From positions 4,475,068-4,539,067 of the forward strand of contig OZ244832.1 in the NCBI GenBank assembly GCA_965220485.1: a stretch of DNA of 64,000 nt. Reading direction: 5' to 3'. Below the pieces are notes generated by a model. The model worked only from the letters and a program-made list of their open reading frames with translations, was not told the origin of the DNA and made no database searches. Made by a program: the position numbers and the translations under genes. This document shows positions 1 through 9,761 of the stretch, in pieces (position 1 is the first letter of the stretch; each line of letters opens with the position of its first letter). This DNA is from Candidatus Aldehydirespirator sp. GTDB lineage: Bacteria; Actinomycetota; Acidimicrobiia; Acidimicrobiales; Aldehydirespiratoraceae.

Positions 1-213
1 TCGGCGGTTCCTGCGCCCGCTGCGCCAGATCATCGAATCGGTCAACTGGACCCTCAAAGCCCAACTCGGCCTCGAACGCCACCGCGGCCGCACCCGCTGC
101 GGTGTCGCCGCGCGCATACTGCAACGACTCCTCGCCCTCACAGCAGCCATCTGGCACAACGAAACCACCCAACAACCCGGCCCCGCCCGCTCCCTGATCG
201 CCTACGACCACTG
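1..213 (+). mobile_element. 3'-terminal fragment of a DDE transposase gene (IS4/IS5-superfamily-like C-terminus '...LRQIIESVNWTLKAQLGLERH...LLALTAAIWHN...'); truncated by window start, stop at 211-213
   Basis: Translation of frame +1 from position 1 gives a transposase-like C-terminus ending IAYDH*. A lower-GC stretch follows it (214-300). No start codon lies inside the window. Confidence 0.4.
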
Positions 214-352
214 ACCCCTTGGAACTAACCATCTAGGAGCCAGCCCATTATTCTCTTGGTATTCATGTTTTCCCTCCCGGGTTGGGGTTGTTGTCGGTCA
301 CGGCGGTCCTCACGGCTTGCATGCTGGTTGACGGTGAGGTTGCTGCACGCGC

Positions 353-1135
353 TCACGCCGAACTCCTGGCCACGAAGTACCAGGGCATGACGAGACGCTC
401 GATCAGCACTGCGAGGGCGTAGAGGCCGATGCCCACGAGCGAGCCGGCGAGGACCGCGGCCCAGGCGTCGTCGTAGCGGGTGAGCCCGGCCGAGTTGGTG
501 ATGAGGTTGCCGAGGGCGTCCTGGCGCCCGCCGAAGTACTCCGCCACGATGGCCGCGATCACGGCCAGCGACGTGGCCAGCTTCAGCGCGGTGAAGAAGA
601 ACGGCATGGCGTTGGGGATGCGCACCTCGCGCATGATCCGCCACTTCCCGGCCCCGTAGGACTCCATCAGCTCGACCTGGCTGGCCTCGACCTGGCCCAG
701 ACCCCGGGCTGTGTTGATGAACACCGGGAAGAAGACCAGCACCACCACCACGGCCTGGTTCGAGCGCGGCGACAGGAGCCCGAACCAGGCGTTGAAGATG
801 GGTGCCAGCGCGATGATCGGCACCGCGTTGACGGCAACGGCCAGGGGAGTGAGCGTCTCGTTGGCCGCGCGGAACGCCGTGACCAGCAGGGCGGCCACCG
901 CTCCCAGCGCCACCCCGGCGAGGAGCCCGGTGACGATGATGAAGCCGGTGACGCCGGTTGCGGTCACGATGGCGTCGAAGTTCTCCGCGACCGCACCGGC
1001 GATGTCAGACGGAGGCGGCAGCACGAAGCCGTCGGGACGGATCACGGCCAGAGCGGCCTCCCAACCGCCGAAGATGACCACAGCAGCAACCACCGGCGGC
1101 AGCCACGAGCGCAGCAACGTCCGTGCGGCGGTCAC
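353..1135 (-). CDS. ABC transporter permease, NitT/TauT (nitrate/sulfonate/bicarbonate) family
   Basis: The 260-aa ORF is a multi-TM protein with a typical SsuC/TauC-like permease core (…PNAMPFFFTALKLATSLAVIAAIVAEY…). It sits in an operon with an NitT/TauT ATPase. Confidence 0.8.
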   Translation of the reverse strand: MTAARTLLRSWLPPVVAAVVIFGGWEAALAVIRPDGFVLPPPSDIAGAVAENFDAIVTATGVTGFIIVTGLLAGVALGAVAALLVTAFRAANETLTPLAVAVNAVPIIALAPIFNAWFGLLSPRSNQAVVVVLVFFPVFINTARGLGQVEASQVELMESYGAGKWRIMREVRIPNAMPFFFTALKLATSLAVIAAIVAEYFGGRQDALGNLITNSAGLTRYDDAWAAVLAGSLVGIGLYALAVLIERLVMPWYFVARSSA

Positions 1136-1184
1136 GGCTGCATCGGCCTTCGGTTGCTGGCGGGGCTGGCGGTGGTCACGGCTG

Positions 1185-2018
1185 CTATCGACCTCCTCGT
1201 AGCGCGTCTCGCACCGCGGTCACGTTGGCAAAGAAGGCGGGGTCGTCGCGGGTTGCCTCGTTGCGCTCGCCCAGGTCGTTGTCGATCGCTGCCGCGATCA
1301 TCCCCGGACGGGGCGACATGACCATGACCTTGGTGGACAGGAACACCGCCTCGGGAATGGAGTGGGTGACGAACACGACGGTGATCTGTGTCTCCGACCA
1401 GATGCGCAGGAGTTCGTTCTGCATGTGCTCGCGGGTCATCTCGTCGAGCGCACCGAAGGGCTCGTCCATCAGCAGCATCTCCGGGTGGAACGACATAGCC
1501 CGAGCGATGGCGATGCGCTGCTGCATACCCCCGGACAGTTCGGCGGATTGGTGGCGGGCGAACTCCTCGAGCTTCACGAGCTCGAGCATCTCCGCTGACC
1601 GCCGGCGCCGGTCGGCCGCCTTCCAGCCCATCAGCTCGAGCGGCAGCTCGATATTGCGCGACACATTGCGCCACTCGAACAGTCCGGCCCTCTGGAACAC
1701 CATCGAGTAGTCGCGGTCGAGGCGGGCCTGATCGGCTGTCTTGCCGTTGACCAGGATGGTGCCCTCGGTGGTGTCGATCAGGGCTGCGATCAGGCGCAGC
1801 AGAGTGCTCTTGCCGCAACCGGACGGCCCGATGAGGGTGACGAACTCGCCCCGGCCGATCTCCAGGTCGATGTCTTCCAGCGCCCTCACCTCGTTGGGGC
1901 GTCCGGGGTTGAAGATCTTGGAGGTGCCCCGGATCTCGACGGCCGCGGGCTCGGGGCTGGCCGCGGGCTGGGGGGCGGCCGGAGGCTCGGGGCTGGCCGC
2001 GGGGCTCGTCTCGCTCAT
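1185..2018 (-). CDS. ABC transporter ATP-binding protein (NitT/TauT family) with Pro/Ala/Glu-rich N-terminal extension
   Basis: Walker A LIGPSGCGKST, signature LSGGMQQR and Walker B LLMDEPFGALD are present. The start overlaps the upstream permease stop by 4 nt. Confidence 0.85.
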   Translation of the reverse strand: MSETSPAASPEPPAAPQPAASPEPAAVEIRGTSKIFNPGRPNEVRALEDIDLEIGRGEFVTLIGPSGCGKSTLLRLIAALIDTTEGTILVNGKTADQARLDRDYSMVFQRAGLFEWRNVSRNIELPLELMGWKAADRRRRSAEMLELVKLEEFARHQSAELSGGMQQRIAIARAMSFHPEMLLMDEPFGALDEMTREHMQNELLRIWSETQITVVFVTHSIPEAVFLSTKVMVMSPRPGMIAAAIDNDLGERNEATRDDPAFFANVTAVRDALRGGR

Positions 2019-3034
2019 GTGACCGTCTCGCGGCCCTTGCGACCCACCAGCGCGTACTCCATCGACGAGATGACCGCGAACACGAAGATCCCCAGCGCGG
2101 CCGCGCCCAGCACGGCGACGTAGAGCCGCTCCGGGCCGGTGGTGTAGCGCTGGGCCTCCAGCAGCACGCGCCGGCCCAGGCCTCCCTTCACCCCGGCGGA
2201 GATCTCACCCACGATGGCTCCCACCACGCTGGCGGTGGCCGCGATCTTGAATGCCGCGAACAGGTACGGCAGCGACGCCGGCAGGCGCAGCCGCCACAGC
2301 GTCTGCCCCCAGCGGGCCGCGTAGGAATCCATCAGCTCCAAGTTCTCGGGCCGGGGGGACTGCAGGCCTCGTAGCCCGTTGATCGTCACCGGGAAGAACG
2401 TGAGGTAGGTGGCGATGATCGACACCGACATCCAGTCCTGCCACTCGAAAGGCAGGAAGTCCAGGCTCTTGCGGCCCCAGATCACGATGATGGGCGCGAT
2501 GGCGATCAGCGGAATGGTCTGGCTGGCGATCACATGGGGCACCAGCGCCCGCTCCAGCCGCCCCGAGGTCGTCAGCACGATGGCGATGCCCAGGCCCACG
2601 ACGACACCGACGGCGAATCCCACGGCCGCCTCCCTCAGGGTGAAGGCGGCCTCGCCCGCCACGATCGACCAGAACGGCTCGTTGGTGCCCCGCGGCTCCT
2701 CGAAGATCCCCGAGACGATGTCGAGCACCGGCGGCATTCTGAGGTCGTCCGACTCGGGCAGTATCGAACCGACGAGCGGCCAGTCGGCCTGGCCGTCGTC
2801 GATGGCCGACCCGAACGCCTTGTAAGCGCTGTAGGCCAGTGCCAGCAGGCACACGAACACGGTCAGAACGGCCACCTGCCTCGCGGTCCGGCGTGCTCGA
2901 ATCCGGCGCCGCTCCCGGGCGGCCTGCTGGCGGATGAGCTGCTCGCGGACGATGGGATCGTCGACGACTGCGGCTAGGTGCCCGTCACCGGACCCGCCAA
3001 CGGCGTCGATGGTGCGTCCCGGCGGCTCGATCAC
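2015..3034 (-). CDS. ABC transporter permease, NitT/TauT family (second permease subunit)
   Basis: The 339-aa ORF has multi-TM permease motifs. It lies in the same operon and strand as the ATPase. Confidence 0.75.
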   Translation of the reverse strand: MIEPPGRTIDAVGGSGDGHLAAVVDDPIVREQLIRQQAARERRRIRARRTARQVAVLTVFVCLLALAYSAYKAFGSAIDDGQADWPLVGSILPESDDLRMPPVLDIVSGIFEEPRGTNEPFWSIVAGEAAFTLREAAVGFAVGVVVGLGIAIVLTTSGRLERALVPHVIASQTIPLIAIAPIIVIWGRKSLDFLPFEWQDWMSVSIIATYLTFFPVTINGLRGLQSPRPENLELMDSYAARWGQTLWRLRLPASLPYLFAAFKIAATASVVGAIVGEISAGVKGGLGRRVLLEAQRYTTGPERLYVAVLGAAALGIFVFAVISSMEYALVGRKGRETVT

Positions 3035-3043
3035 AGCAGCCGG

Positions 3044-4045
3044 TCAGCCGTTGAGGACCGGGATGATCCGCTGGCCGTAGGCGTTGAGCGTTTCGTCCTT
3101 CTGGTCGTGCATGAGGTAGACGGCGAACTGGTCGACACCCAGGTCGCGCAGCTCCTGGAGTCGGGCGATGTGGTTGTCGGTGTCGCCGAGGATGCAGAAA
3201 CGGTCGATCACATCGTCGGGCACGAAGTCGGTGTGCACGTTGCCGGTCCGGCCATGCTCGGCGTAGTCGTAACCCTCGCGGCCCTTGATGTAGTCGGTCA
3301 GTGCCGGGGGCACTCCGACGCCGGCATCGCCGTAGCGATCCACCAGGTCGGCCACGTGGTTGCCGACCATTCCGCCGAACCAGCGAACCTGGTCTCGCTG
3401 GTGGGCCAGGTTCTCTCCCACGTAGGCCGGCGCGGCCACGCACACGTACAGCTCATCGGGGTCGCGGCCCGCGTCCGTCGCGGCCTGGCGCACGGCGGCG
3501 ATGGTCCACTCGGTGATCTGGGGATCGGCGAGTTGCAGTATGAACCCGTCGGCCTGCTCGCCGCAGAGCTTCAAGGCACGGGGGCCGTAGCCGGCCATCA
3601 ACATGTCGAGCCGGCTGCCGTCGGACCATGGGAACTGCTGGCGGGTGCCGTTGTAGTCGACCTCCCGGCCCTCGGCCAGGCCCTTGATGACCTTCATCGA
3701 CTCGGCCAGGGTGGCCAGGCTGGCAGGAGTGTGGCCCAGCACCCGCATGGCCGAGTCGCCCCGGCCGATGCCGCACACTGTGCGGTTGCCGAACATGTCG
3801 TTGAGGGTGGCGAACAGCGAGGCGGTGACCGTCCAGTTGCGGGTGCCGGGATTGGTGACCATCGGCCCGATCATCATGCGGTTCGTGGCCGACAGCATCT
3901 GGCTGTAGACCACGAACGGCTCCTGCCACAGCACATGGCTGTCGAAGGTCCATCCGTGGGAGAACCCGTGCGTCTCGGCCCGCCGGGCCAGGTCCACCAC
4001 CCGCCACGCAGGAGGATCGGTCTGCAGAACCACTCCGAAATCCAT
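3044..4045 (-). CDS. LLM-class (luciferase-like) F420-dependent oxidoreductase
   Basis: The 333-aa ORF has a TIM-barrel LLM signature (MDFGVVLQTD…, GIGRGDSAMRVLGH…, …DQFAVYLMHDQKDETLNAYGQRIIPVL). This family is typical of F420-producing Actinomycetota. Confidence 0.7.
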   Translation of the reverse strand: MDFGVVLQTDPPAWRVVDLARRAETHGFSHGWTFDSHVLWQEPFVVYSQMLSATNRMMIGPMVTNPGTRNWTVTASLFATLNDMFGNRTVCGIGRGDSAMRVLGHTPASLATLAESMKVIKGLAEGREVDYNGTRQQFPWSDGSRLDMLMAGYGPRALKLCGEQADGFILQLADPQITEWTIAAVRQAATDAGRDPDELYVCVAAPAYVGENLAHQRDQVRWFGGMVGNHVADLVDRYGDAGVGVPPALTDYIKGREGYDYAEHGRTGNVHTDFVPDDVIDRFCILGDTDNHIARLQELRDLGVDQFAVYLMHDQKDETLNAYGQRIIPVLNG

Positions 4046-4093
4046 GGCCGCGGCTCCTAACGGTCCGGCTGCAGGCCAATCACTGCCGCACCC

Positions 4094-5581
4094 TCAGTGG
4101 TTCCGGGGGAAACCCAGGTCGACGACACTGTCGGCCGGGTCGGGCCAGCGGGCCGTGACGGCCTTGGCTTTGGTGAAGAAGTGGATGCCCTCGGGCCCGT
4201 ACATGTGGGTGTCGCCGAACAGCGAGTTCTTCCAGCCGCCGAAGGAGTGATACCCGACCGGCACCGGTATGGGGACGTTGACACCCACCATTCCCGCGTC
4301 GGCGTCGAGCTGGAACTGCCGGGCCGCGCCCCCGTCCCGGGTGAAGATCGCCGCGCCGTTGCCCCACGGGTTCTGCTCGATCAGCTCCACGGCCTCGTGG
4401 TAGGTGTCGGACCGCACCACGCACAGCACCGGGCCGAAGATCTCGTCGCGGTACACCGACATGTCCGGCGTCACATGGTCGAGCAACGACACTCCGAGAA
4501 AGAAGCCGTCGCCGTCGAAGACCGCGTTGCGCCCGTCCATCACGACGTGAGCCCCCTCGTCGGCTCCGGCGCTGACGTAGCCCGCCACCCGGTCGCGGTG
4601 CTCGCGTGTGATCAGCGGGCCCATCTCGGATTCGGGGTCGTCGCCGGGCCCGACGCGCAGCTTGTCCATCCGCACCCTGATGGCGTCCACCAGCGGGTCG
4701 GCCGCGTCGCCCACGGCCACCACCACCGACACGGCCATGCAGCGCTCGCCCGCCGAGCCGTAGGCGGCGGAGACGGCCGCGTCGGCGGCCAGGTCGATGT
4801 CTGCGTCGGGCAGCACGACCATGTGGTTCTTGGCCCCGCCGAGAGCCTGCACCCGCTTGCCGGCCGAGGTGCCGGTCTCATAGACGTAGCGGGCGATGGG
4901 GGTGGAGCCCACGAAGCTGACCGCCTTGACATCGGGGTGTGCCAGTAGCCGGTCCACGGCCACCTTGTCGCCGTTGACCAGGTTGAGCACTCCCGGTGGG
5001 AACCCGGCCTCGAAGGCCAGTTCGGCCACCAGCCGCGGCGCGGACGGGTCGCGCTCGGAGGGCTTGAGCACGAACGTGTTGCCGCACGCAACGGCGTTGG
5101 GAATCATCCACAACGGCACCATGGCCGGGAAGTTGAACGGAGTTATGCCCGCGACCACCCCCAGGGGCTGGCGCACGGTGTACACGTCGACGCCGCTGGA
5201 CGCCTGGGAGTTGAAGCTGCCCTTGAGCAGGTCGGCCAGGCCGCACGCGTACTCGATGTTCTCCAGTCCCCGGGCCACCTCGCCCAGCGCGTCGGAGCGC
5301 ACCTTGCCGTGCTCTGCGGTCAAGCGGGCGGCGATCTCGGCCGCGTTGGCCTCCACCAGGTTGCGGAAGGCCAGCATCAGCTTGGTGCGGGCCGCCAGCG
5401 ATGTGTGGCGCCAGTCCTCGAACGCGGCTCTGGCCGAGGCCACCGCGGCGTCGACCTCCTCGACGCTGGCCAATCCGACCTCAGCGGTGTGCTCGCCGGT
5501 GGCGGGATTGAATACCGGATGGGTCCGGCCCGACCGTGACGGGACGGTCTCGCCATCGATGAAGTGGTCAATTGTCTCCAC
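4094..5581 (-). CDS. mmsA: CoA-acylating methylmalonate-semialdehyde / malonate-semialdehyde dehydrogenase
   Basis: The 495-aa protein starts at GTG 5581, preceded by GGAGA. It has the aldehyde-dehydrogenase catalytic Cys (GERCMA) and the MmsA-specific N-terminus VETIDHFIDGE. The 879-aa tool ORF is a run-on past the true start. Confidence 0.85.
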   Translation of the reverse strand: METIDHFIDGETVPSRSGRTHPVFNPATGEHTAEVGLASVEEVDAAVASARAAFEDWRHTSLAARTKLMLAFRNLVEANAAEIAARLTAEHGKVRSDALGEVARGLENIEYACGLADLLKGSFNSQASSGVDVYTVRQPLGVVAGITPFNFPAMVPLWMIPNAVACGNTFVLKPSERDPSAPRLVAELAFEAGFPPGVLNLVNGDKVAVDRLLAHPDVKAVSFVGSTPIARYVYETGTSAGKRVQALGGAKNHMVVLPDADIDLAADAAVSAAYGSAGERCMAVSVVVAVGDAADPLVDAIRVRMDKLRVGPGDDPESEMGPLITREHRDRVAGYVSAGADEGAHVVMDGRNAVFDGDGFFLGVSLLDHVTPDMSVYRDEIFGPVLCVVRSDTYHEAVELIEQNPWGNGAAIFTRDGGAARQFQLDADAGMVGVNVPIPVPVGYHSFGGWKNSLFGDTHMYGPEGIHFFTKAKAVTARWPDPADSVVDLGFPRNH

Positions 5582-5649
5582 TGGGTGTCTCCTGTCTGGG
5601 GTCTTGCTCCGGTCGGTTCCGGATCCGGCCGTTGTCGGGACCGAGAGGG

Positions 5650-7059
5650 CTACTGCAGGTACTGGCAGAGGCTGCGGCGCAGGTACTGCCCGTCCCCGGC
5701 GCGGCCCTGGTACTGGCCGTCGTCGATGACCCTCTTGCCCCGCGAGAACACCGTGTCGACGTGGCCGGTCACCTCCACGCCCTCGTAGGCCGAGTAGTCC
5801 ATGTTCATGTGGTGGTTGTCGACGCTGATGGTCCAGCGCTTGTCCGGGTCGTAGATCACGATGTCGGCGTCGGATCCCGGCGCGATGATTCCCTTGCGGG
5901 GATACAGGCCCGTCATGCGGGCCGGGGTGGTGGCGCACAGCTCGACCCAGCGGGCCAGGCCGATCTCTCCGGCGACCACCCCCTGGTAGATCATGTCCAT
6001 GCGGTGCTCGACACCGCCGATCCCGTTGGGGATCGCCCGGAAGTCGCCCAGGCCCAGCTCCTTCTGCTCCTTCATGCAGAACGGGCAGTGGTCGGTTGAC
6101 ACCACGGCCAGGTCGTTGGTGCGCAGGCCCTTCCAGAGCTCGTCCTGGTGGTGCTCGTGGCGCGAGCGCAGCGGCGTGGAGCACACGTAGCCGGCGCCGT
6201 CGAAGCCGGGCTTGTCGAGGTGCTCCTCCAGGCTGAAGTACAGGTACTGCGGGCAGGTCTCCGCGAAGACGTTCATGCCGGTGTCGCGGGCCAGCGCCAC
6301 CTGCTCGAGGGCCTCCTTGGCCGACAGGTGCACGATGTACAGCGGCGACGCTCCCACCTTGGCCAGCTGGATGGCCCGGTGGGTGGCCTCGGACTCCAGC
6401 TCCTTGCGGCGCACGTAGCCGTGGTGGACGGGGGCGGTGTCGCCCCGCTCGAAGGCCTGCTCGGCCAGCACATCGATGGCCAGGCCGTTCTCGGCGTGCA
6501 TCATGATCAGCCCGCCGTTGCCCGCGGCCTGCTGCATGGCCCGCAGGATCTGGCCGTCGTCCGCGAGGAACACACCGGGATAGGCCATGAACAGCTTGAA
6601 GCTGGTGATGCCCTCGTTGACCAGCAGGTCCATCTCCTTGAGCGAGTCGTTGTCGACGCCGCCGATGATCATGTGGAAGCCGTAGTCGACGGCGCAGTTG
6701 CCCTCGGCTTTGGCCATCCAGGCGTCGAGGCACTCCCTGACGTTCTCTCCGGTCTTCTGCACCGCGAAGTCGATGATGGTGGTGGTGCCGCCCCAGGCCG
6801 CGGCCCTGGTTCCCGTCTCGAAGGTGTCGGAGGCGAACGTCCCACCGAACGGCAGCTCCATGTGTGTGTGGACGTCGACGCCGCCGGGCACCACGAGCCT
6901 CCCGGTGGCGTCGATGACGTCAGCCCCCTGCTCGGCTGCGGCGGCGATGTCGCTGCCGGGACGCAGCACCGCCGTGATCTGCTCGCCGTCGATGAGAACC
7001 TCGGCCGGATCCGCGCCGGTCGAGCTGACGACGGTGCCTCCCTTGATCAGAGTTGTCAT
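5650..7059 (-). CDS. hydA: dihydropyrimidinase / D-hydantoinase (cyclic amidohydrolase)
   Basis: The 469-aa ORF begins MTTLIKGGTVV… and carries metal-binding motifs (GGVDVHTHMELPF…, carboxylated-Lys region). It matches the dihydropyrimidinase/hydantoinase family. Confidence 0.85.
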   Translation of the reverse strand: MTTLIKGGTVVSSTGADPAEVLIDGEQITAVLRPGSDIAAAAEQGADVIDATGRLVVPGGVDVHTHMELPFGGTFASDTFETGTRAAAWGGTTTIIDFAVQKTGENVRECLDAWMAKAEGNCAVDYGFHMIIGGVDNDSLKEMDLLVNEGITSFKLFMAYPGVFLADDGQILRAMQQAAGNGGLIMMHAENGLAIDVLAEQAFERGDTAPVHHGYVRRKELESEATHRAIQLAKVGASPLYIVHLSAKEALEQVALARDTGMNVFAETCPQYLYFSLEEHLDKPGFDGAGYVCSTPLRSRHEHHQDELWKGLRTNDLAVVSTDHCPFCMKEQKELGLGDFRAIPNGIGGVEHRMDMIYQGVVAGEIGLARWVELCATTPARMTGLYPRKGIIAPGSDADIVIYDPDKRWTISVDNHHMNMDYSAYEGVEVTGHVDTVFSRGKRVIDDGQYQGRAGDGQYLRRSLCQYLQ

Positions 7060-7168
7060 CTTTGTCTCCTTCCAGGAGCTGAGACCTCGGGGTCTGGGAC
7101 CTGAGTGTCGTTGAGGGGTGTGACAGCCAGTCCGGAGATATTTCAGAGGCTTTGGGACTGCAGCTCGA

Positions 7169-8011
7169 TCAGGGGGCGGTCAGCGACTCGTAGGTGTCGG
7201 GCCGGCGGTCCCGGTAGAAGGCCCACTGGGAACGGACCTCCTCGACCTGGTCGAGGTCGAGGTCGCGCACCACCAGCTCCTCGGCCTGGTCTGACGCGGT
7301 GCCGTCCACGAACTGCCCTCGCGGATTGGCGAAGTACGAGGTGCCGTAGAAGTCGTTGTCGCCCAGCGGCTCGATCCCCACCCGATTGATGGCCCCTACG
7401 AAGTACATGTTGGCCGCCGCGGCCGAGGTCTGCTCGAGCTGCCAGAGGTACGCGGAGAGGCCCCGGCTGGTGGCCGACGGGTTGAACACGATCTCCGCTC
7501 CGGCCAGTCCGAGCGCACGCCAGCCCTCGGGGAAGTGGCGGTCGTAGCAGATGTACACCCCGACCGTGCCGACCGCGGTCTCGAACACCGGGTAGCCGAG
7601 GTTGCCGGGACGGAAGTAGAACTTCTCCCAGAACCCCTTCACCTGCGGTATGTGGGTCTTGCGGTACTTGCCGAGGTAGGTGCCGTCGGCGTCGATCACC
7701 GCCGCGGTGTTGTAGAGGAACCCGGCCTTCTCCCGCTCGTACATGGGCAGCACCAGCACCATCTCGTGCTTGGCCGCCAACTCCTGGAATCGCTTGGTCG
7801 TCGGTCCGTCGGGTATGGCCTCGGCGTAGGAGTAGAACTCGGTGTCCTGCACCTGGCAGAAGTACGGGCCGTAGAACAGCTCCTGGAAGCACATCACCCT
7901 GGTGCCGGCTGCGGCCGCCTCGGCCACGTGCTTCTCGTGGAGCTCGATCATCGACTCCTTGTCGCCGGTCCAGGCCACCTGAACGATCGCAGCGGTCACG
8001 GTTCGTGCCAT
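7169..8011 (-). CDS. nitrilase-superfamily N-carbamoyl-amino-acid amidohydrolase / beta-ureidopropionase-type enzyme
   Basis: The 280-aa protein starts at ATG 8011 behind a GGGAGGGAG RBS. It has the nitrilase-fold catalytic triad context (E…K…C: FQELFYGPY, YRKTHIP, VYICYDRHFPE). It lies directly upstream of hydA. Confidence 0.8.
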   Translation of the reverse strand: MARTVTAAIVQVAWTGDKESMIELHEKHVAEAAAAGTRVMCFQELFYGPYFCQVQDTEFYSYAEAIPDGPTTKRFQELAAKHEMVLVLPMYEREKAGFLYNTAAVIDADGTYLGKYRKTHIPQVKGFWEKFYFRPGNLGYPVFETAVGTVGVYICYDRHFPEGWRALGLAGAEIVFNPSATSRGLSAYLWQLEQTSAAAANMYFVGAINRVGIEPLGDNDFYGTSYFANPRGQFVDGTASDQAEELVVRDLDLDQVEEVRSQWAFYRDRRPDTYESLTAP

Positions 8012-8339
8012 GTGCTCCCTCCCTGGCTCCGTCGGGGGTGTTCGAGCCATCCCGACTAGAAGGTCGCAGTGTATGCCCCGGCGCATCAGGGCTGCCACCG
8101 GAAGGACCGCCCGCGCAGCCGCCGGGTCCGTCGTCGCAATTCTCGTGGAAAGGGTCTGTGTCGCCCTTACCTAAAGGGGTTTTCACCTAGCGCAATTTTG
8201 CAGGAGGGGCTTATACGGAATGGTGCCGAAGATGAGGTCGGAGCGCTAATCCGTTGTCATACCCCCTCGCTACTGTGGTGGCACGACCACGACGAAGAAG
8301 GAAACGCAGCCAGCTCCGGGCAAGCACTGGCGCAAGGGC

Positions 8340-9290
8340 ATGACTTTGGCGGACCTGTTCCGCAAGTTCCCTGACGACGCTGCGGCTGAGGCTTGGTTCG
8401 TCGCTCAGCGCTGGCCGGACGGGGTACGGTGTCCGCACTGTGATTGTGACAGGGTGCAGGACGGCGCGAAGCATCCTTCGCAGCGGTTCCGGTGCCGTGG
8501 CTGCGGGAAGCGGTTCTCGACTCGCACCGACACTGTGATGGCCGATTCCAACTTGGGGTTTCAGGATTGGGCGGTCGCGGTGTATGCGGTACTGACGAAC
8601 CTCAAAGGGGTCAGCTCGATGAAGTTGCATCGTGACTTGGGGATCACCCAGTCGAGCGCATGGTTCCTGTTGCACCGCATCCGCGAGGCATGGGCAACCC
8701 GTGACGTTGAGCCGATGGCCGGACCGGTCGAAGCCGACGAGACGTATGTGGGTGGCAAGGCCCGCAACATGAGCGCCAAACGCCGCGCCGCTGTCAAGCC
8801 GCGGCCGGGCCGCGACACCGCTTCCAAGACCGCGGTGGTCGGGGTGAAGGACCGCACCAGCAACCGGGTGTCTGCCCGGCCTGTGGCCGACGTGTCGGCT
8901 GCGAGCCTGACCGGCATGATCTCTGAGACGGTTGTTTCTGGTGCTCGGGTGTTCACCGACGAATGGCGCTCATATCGGCCGCTGGCTTCGTTGGGGTACT
9001 GCCATGAGCGGGTCGCCCACGGTACCCGCGAGTACGTGCGCGGCGATGCGCACACCAACGGCATCGAGTCGCTGTGGTCGATGTTCAAGCGCGGCTACAT
9101 GGGCACCTACCACCAGATGAGCCGGGCGCATCTGCACCGCTACGTCAACGAGTTCACAGGCCGTCACAACGTCCGGCCGTTGGACACCGAAGCACAGATG
9201 GCTTCGGTCGCGGCCGGGATGGTCGGCCGGAAGCTCTACTACGACGACCTGATCGCTACTCCCGAGCCTGTTGCTGCTGAGCCGTGGTGA
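8340..9290 (+). CDS. IS1595-family transposase (N-terminal zinc-ribbon + DDE domain)
   Basis: The 316-aa ORF has a CPHC…C…C zinc ribbon (VRCPHCDCDRV…FRCRGCGKRF). The DDE core region …VVGVKDR…ETYVGG…TDEWRSY…NGIESLWS… is typical of ISXO2/IS1595 transposases. Confidence 0.85.
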   Translation: MTLADLFRKFPDDAAAEAWFVAQRWPDGVRCPHCDCDRVQDGAKHPSQRFRCRGCGKRFSTRTDTVMADSNLGFQDWAVAVYAVLTNLKGVSSMKLHRDLGITQSSAWFLLHRIREAWATRDVEPMAGPVEADETYVGGKARNMSAKRRAAVKPRPGRDTASKTAVVGVKDRTSNRVSARPVADVSAASLTGMISETVVSGARVFTDEWRSYRPLASLGYCHERVAHGTREYVRGDAHTNGIESLWSMFKRGYMGTYHQMSRAHLHRYVNEFTGRHNVRPLDTEAQMASVAAGMVGRKLYYDDLIATPEPVAAEPW

Positions 9291-9761
9291 TCTCTCGGTC
9301 CCAAGTCTCTTGGGCTTGAGCCTGTCCGGCTGCCACGGCACGACCGATTAGCGCACCGAACTTCGCCAACCCGGTGACCATCGCCAGCGCCGCGGCAGTG
9401 TCGCTGACGGCTTGTAGACCGTCTCGGCTTGCCCGGCTGTCGGGGTCGTGCCCGGCGCGGATCGACTCAAGTCGAGCGCTGGTGAACCCGAACGGATACT
9501 TGCGCGTGGGCGCGCTGTCCTCTAGAGTTCTGTCTAAGCACTGCAATGTTGTGATCCTCCTTACGGGATCGGAACAGACGATGAGCCGCCCGTGCTGGGG
9601 CGGCTTTCGTCGTTCTGGTGGTTGTGGATAACCAGCTTGGCAGAGCTGTCCCGGCAGCGAGTGGATTTCACGAAGCGCCCCGTCTACGGTGGCCGTTGCC
9701 GACGGCCGGTCACAGGTGTCTGTCGGCAACAGCACCCCAACCCGCACCGGAGGAAGCCACC

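Noticed and set aside
4094-6733. 879-aa ORF on the minus strand
   Set aside because: Only the C-terminal 495 aa (from GTG 5581, preceded by a GGAGA RBS) is MmsA. The N-terminal 380 aa are Arg/Gly/Pro-rich run-on translation across the hydA gene in another frame.
7143-8186. 347-aa alternative-frame ORF over the carbamoyl-amidohydrolase gene
   Set aside because: It has junk Arg/Gly-rich composition. The in-frame nitrilase-family ORF with a strong RBS is clearly the real gene.
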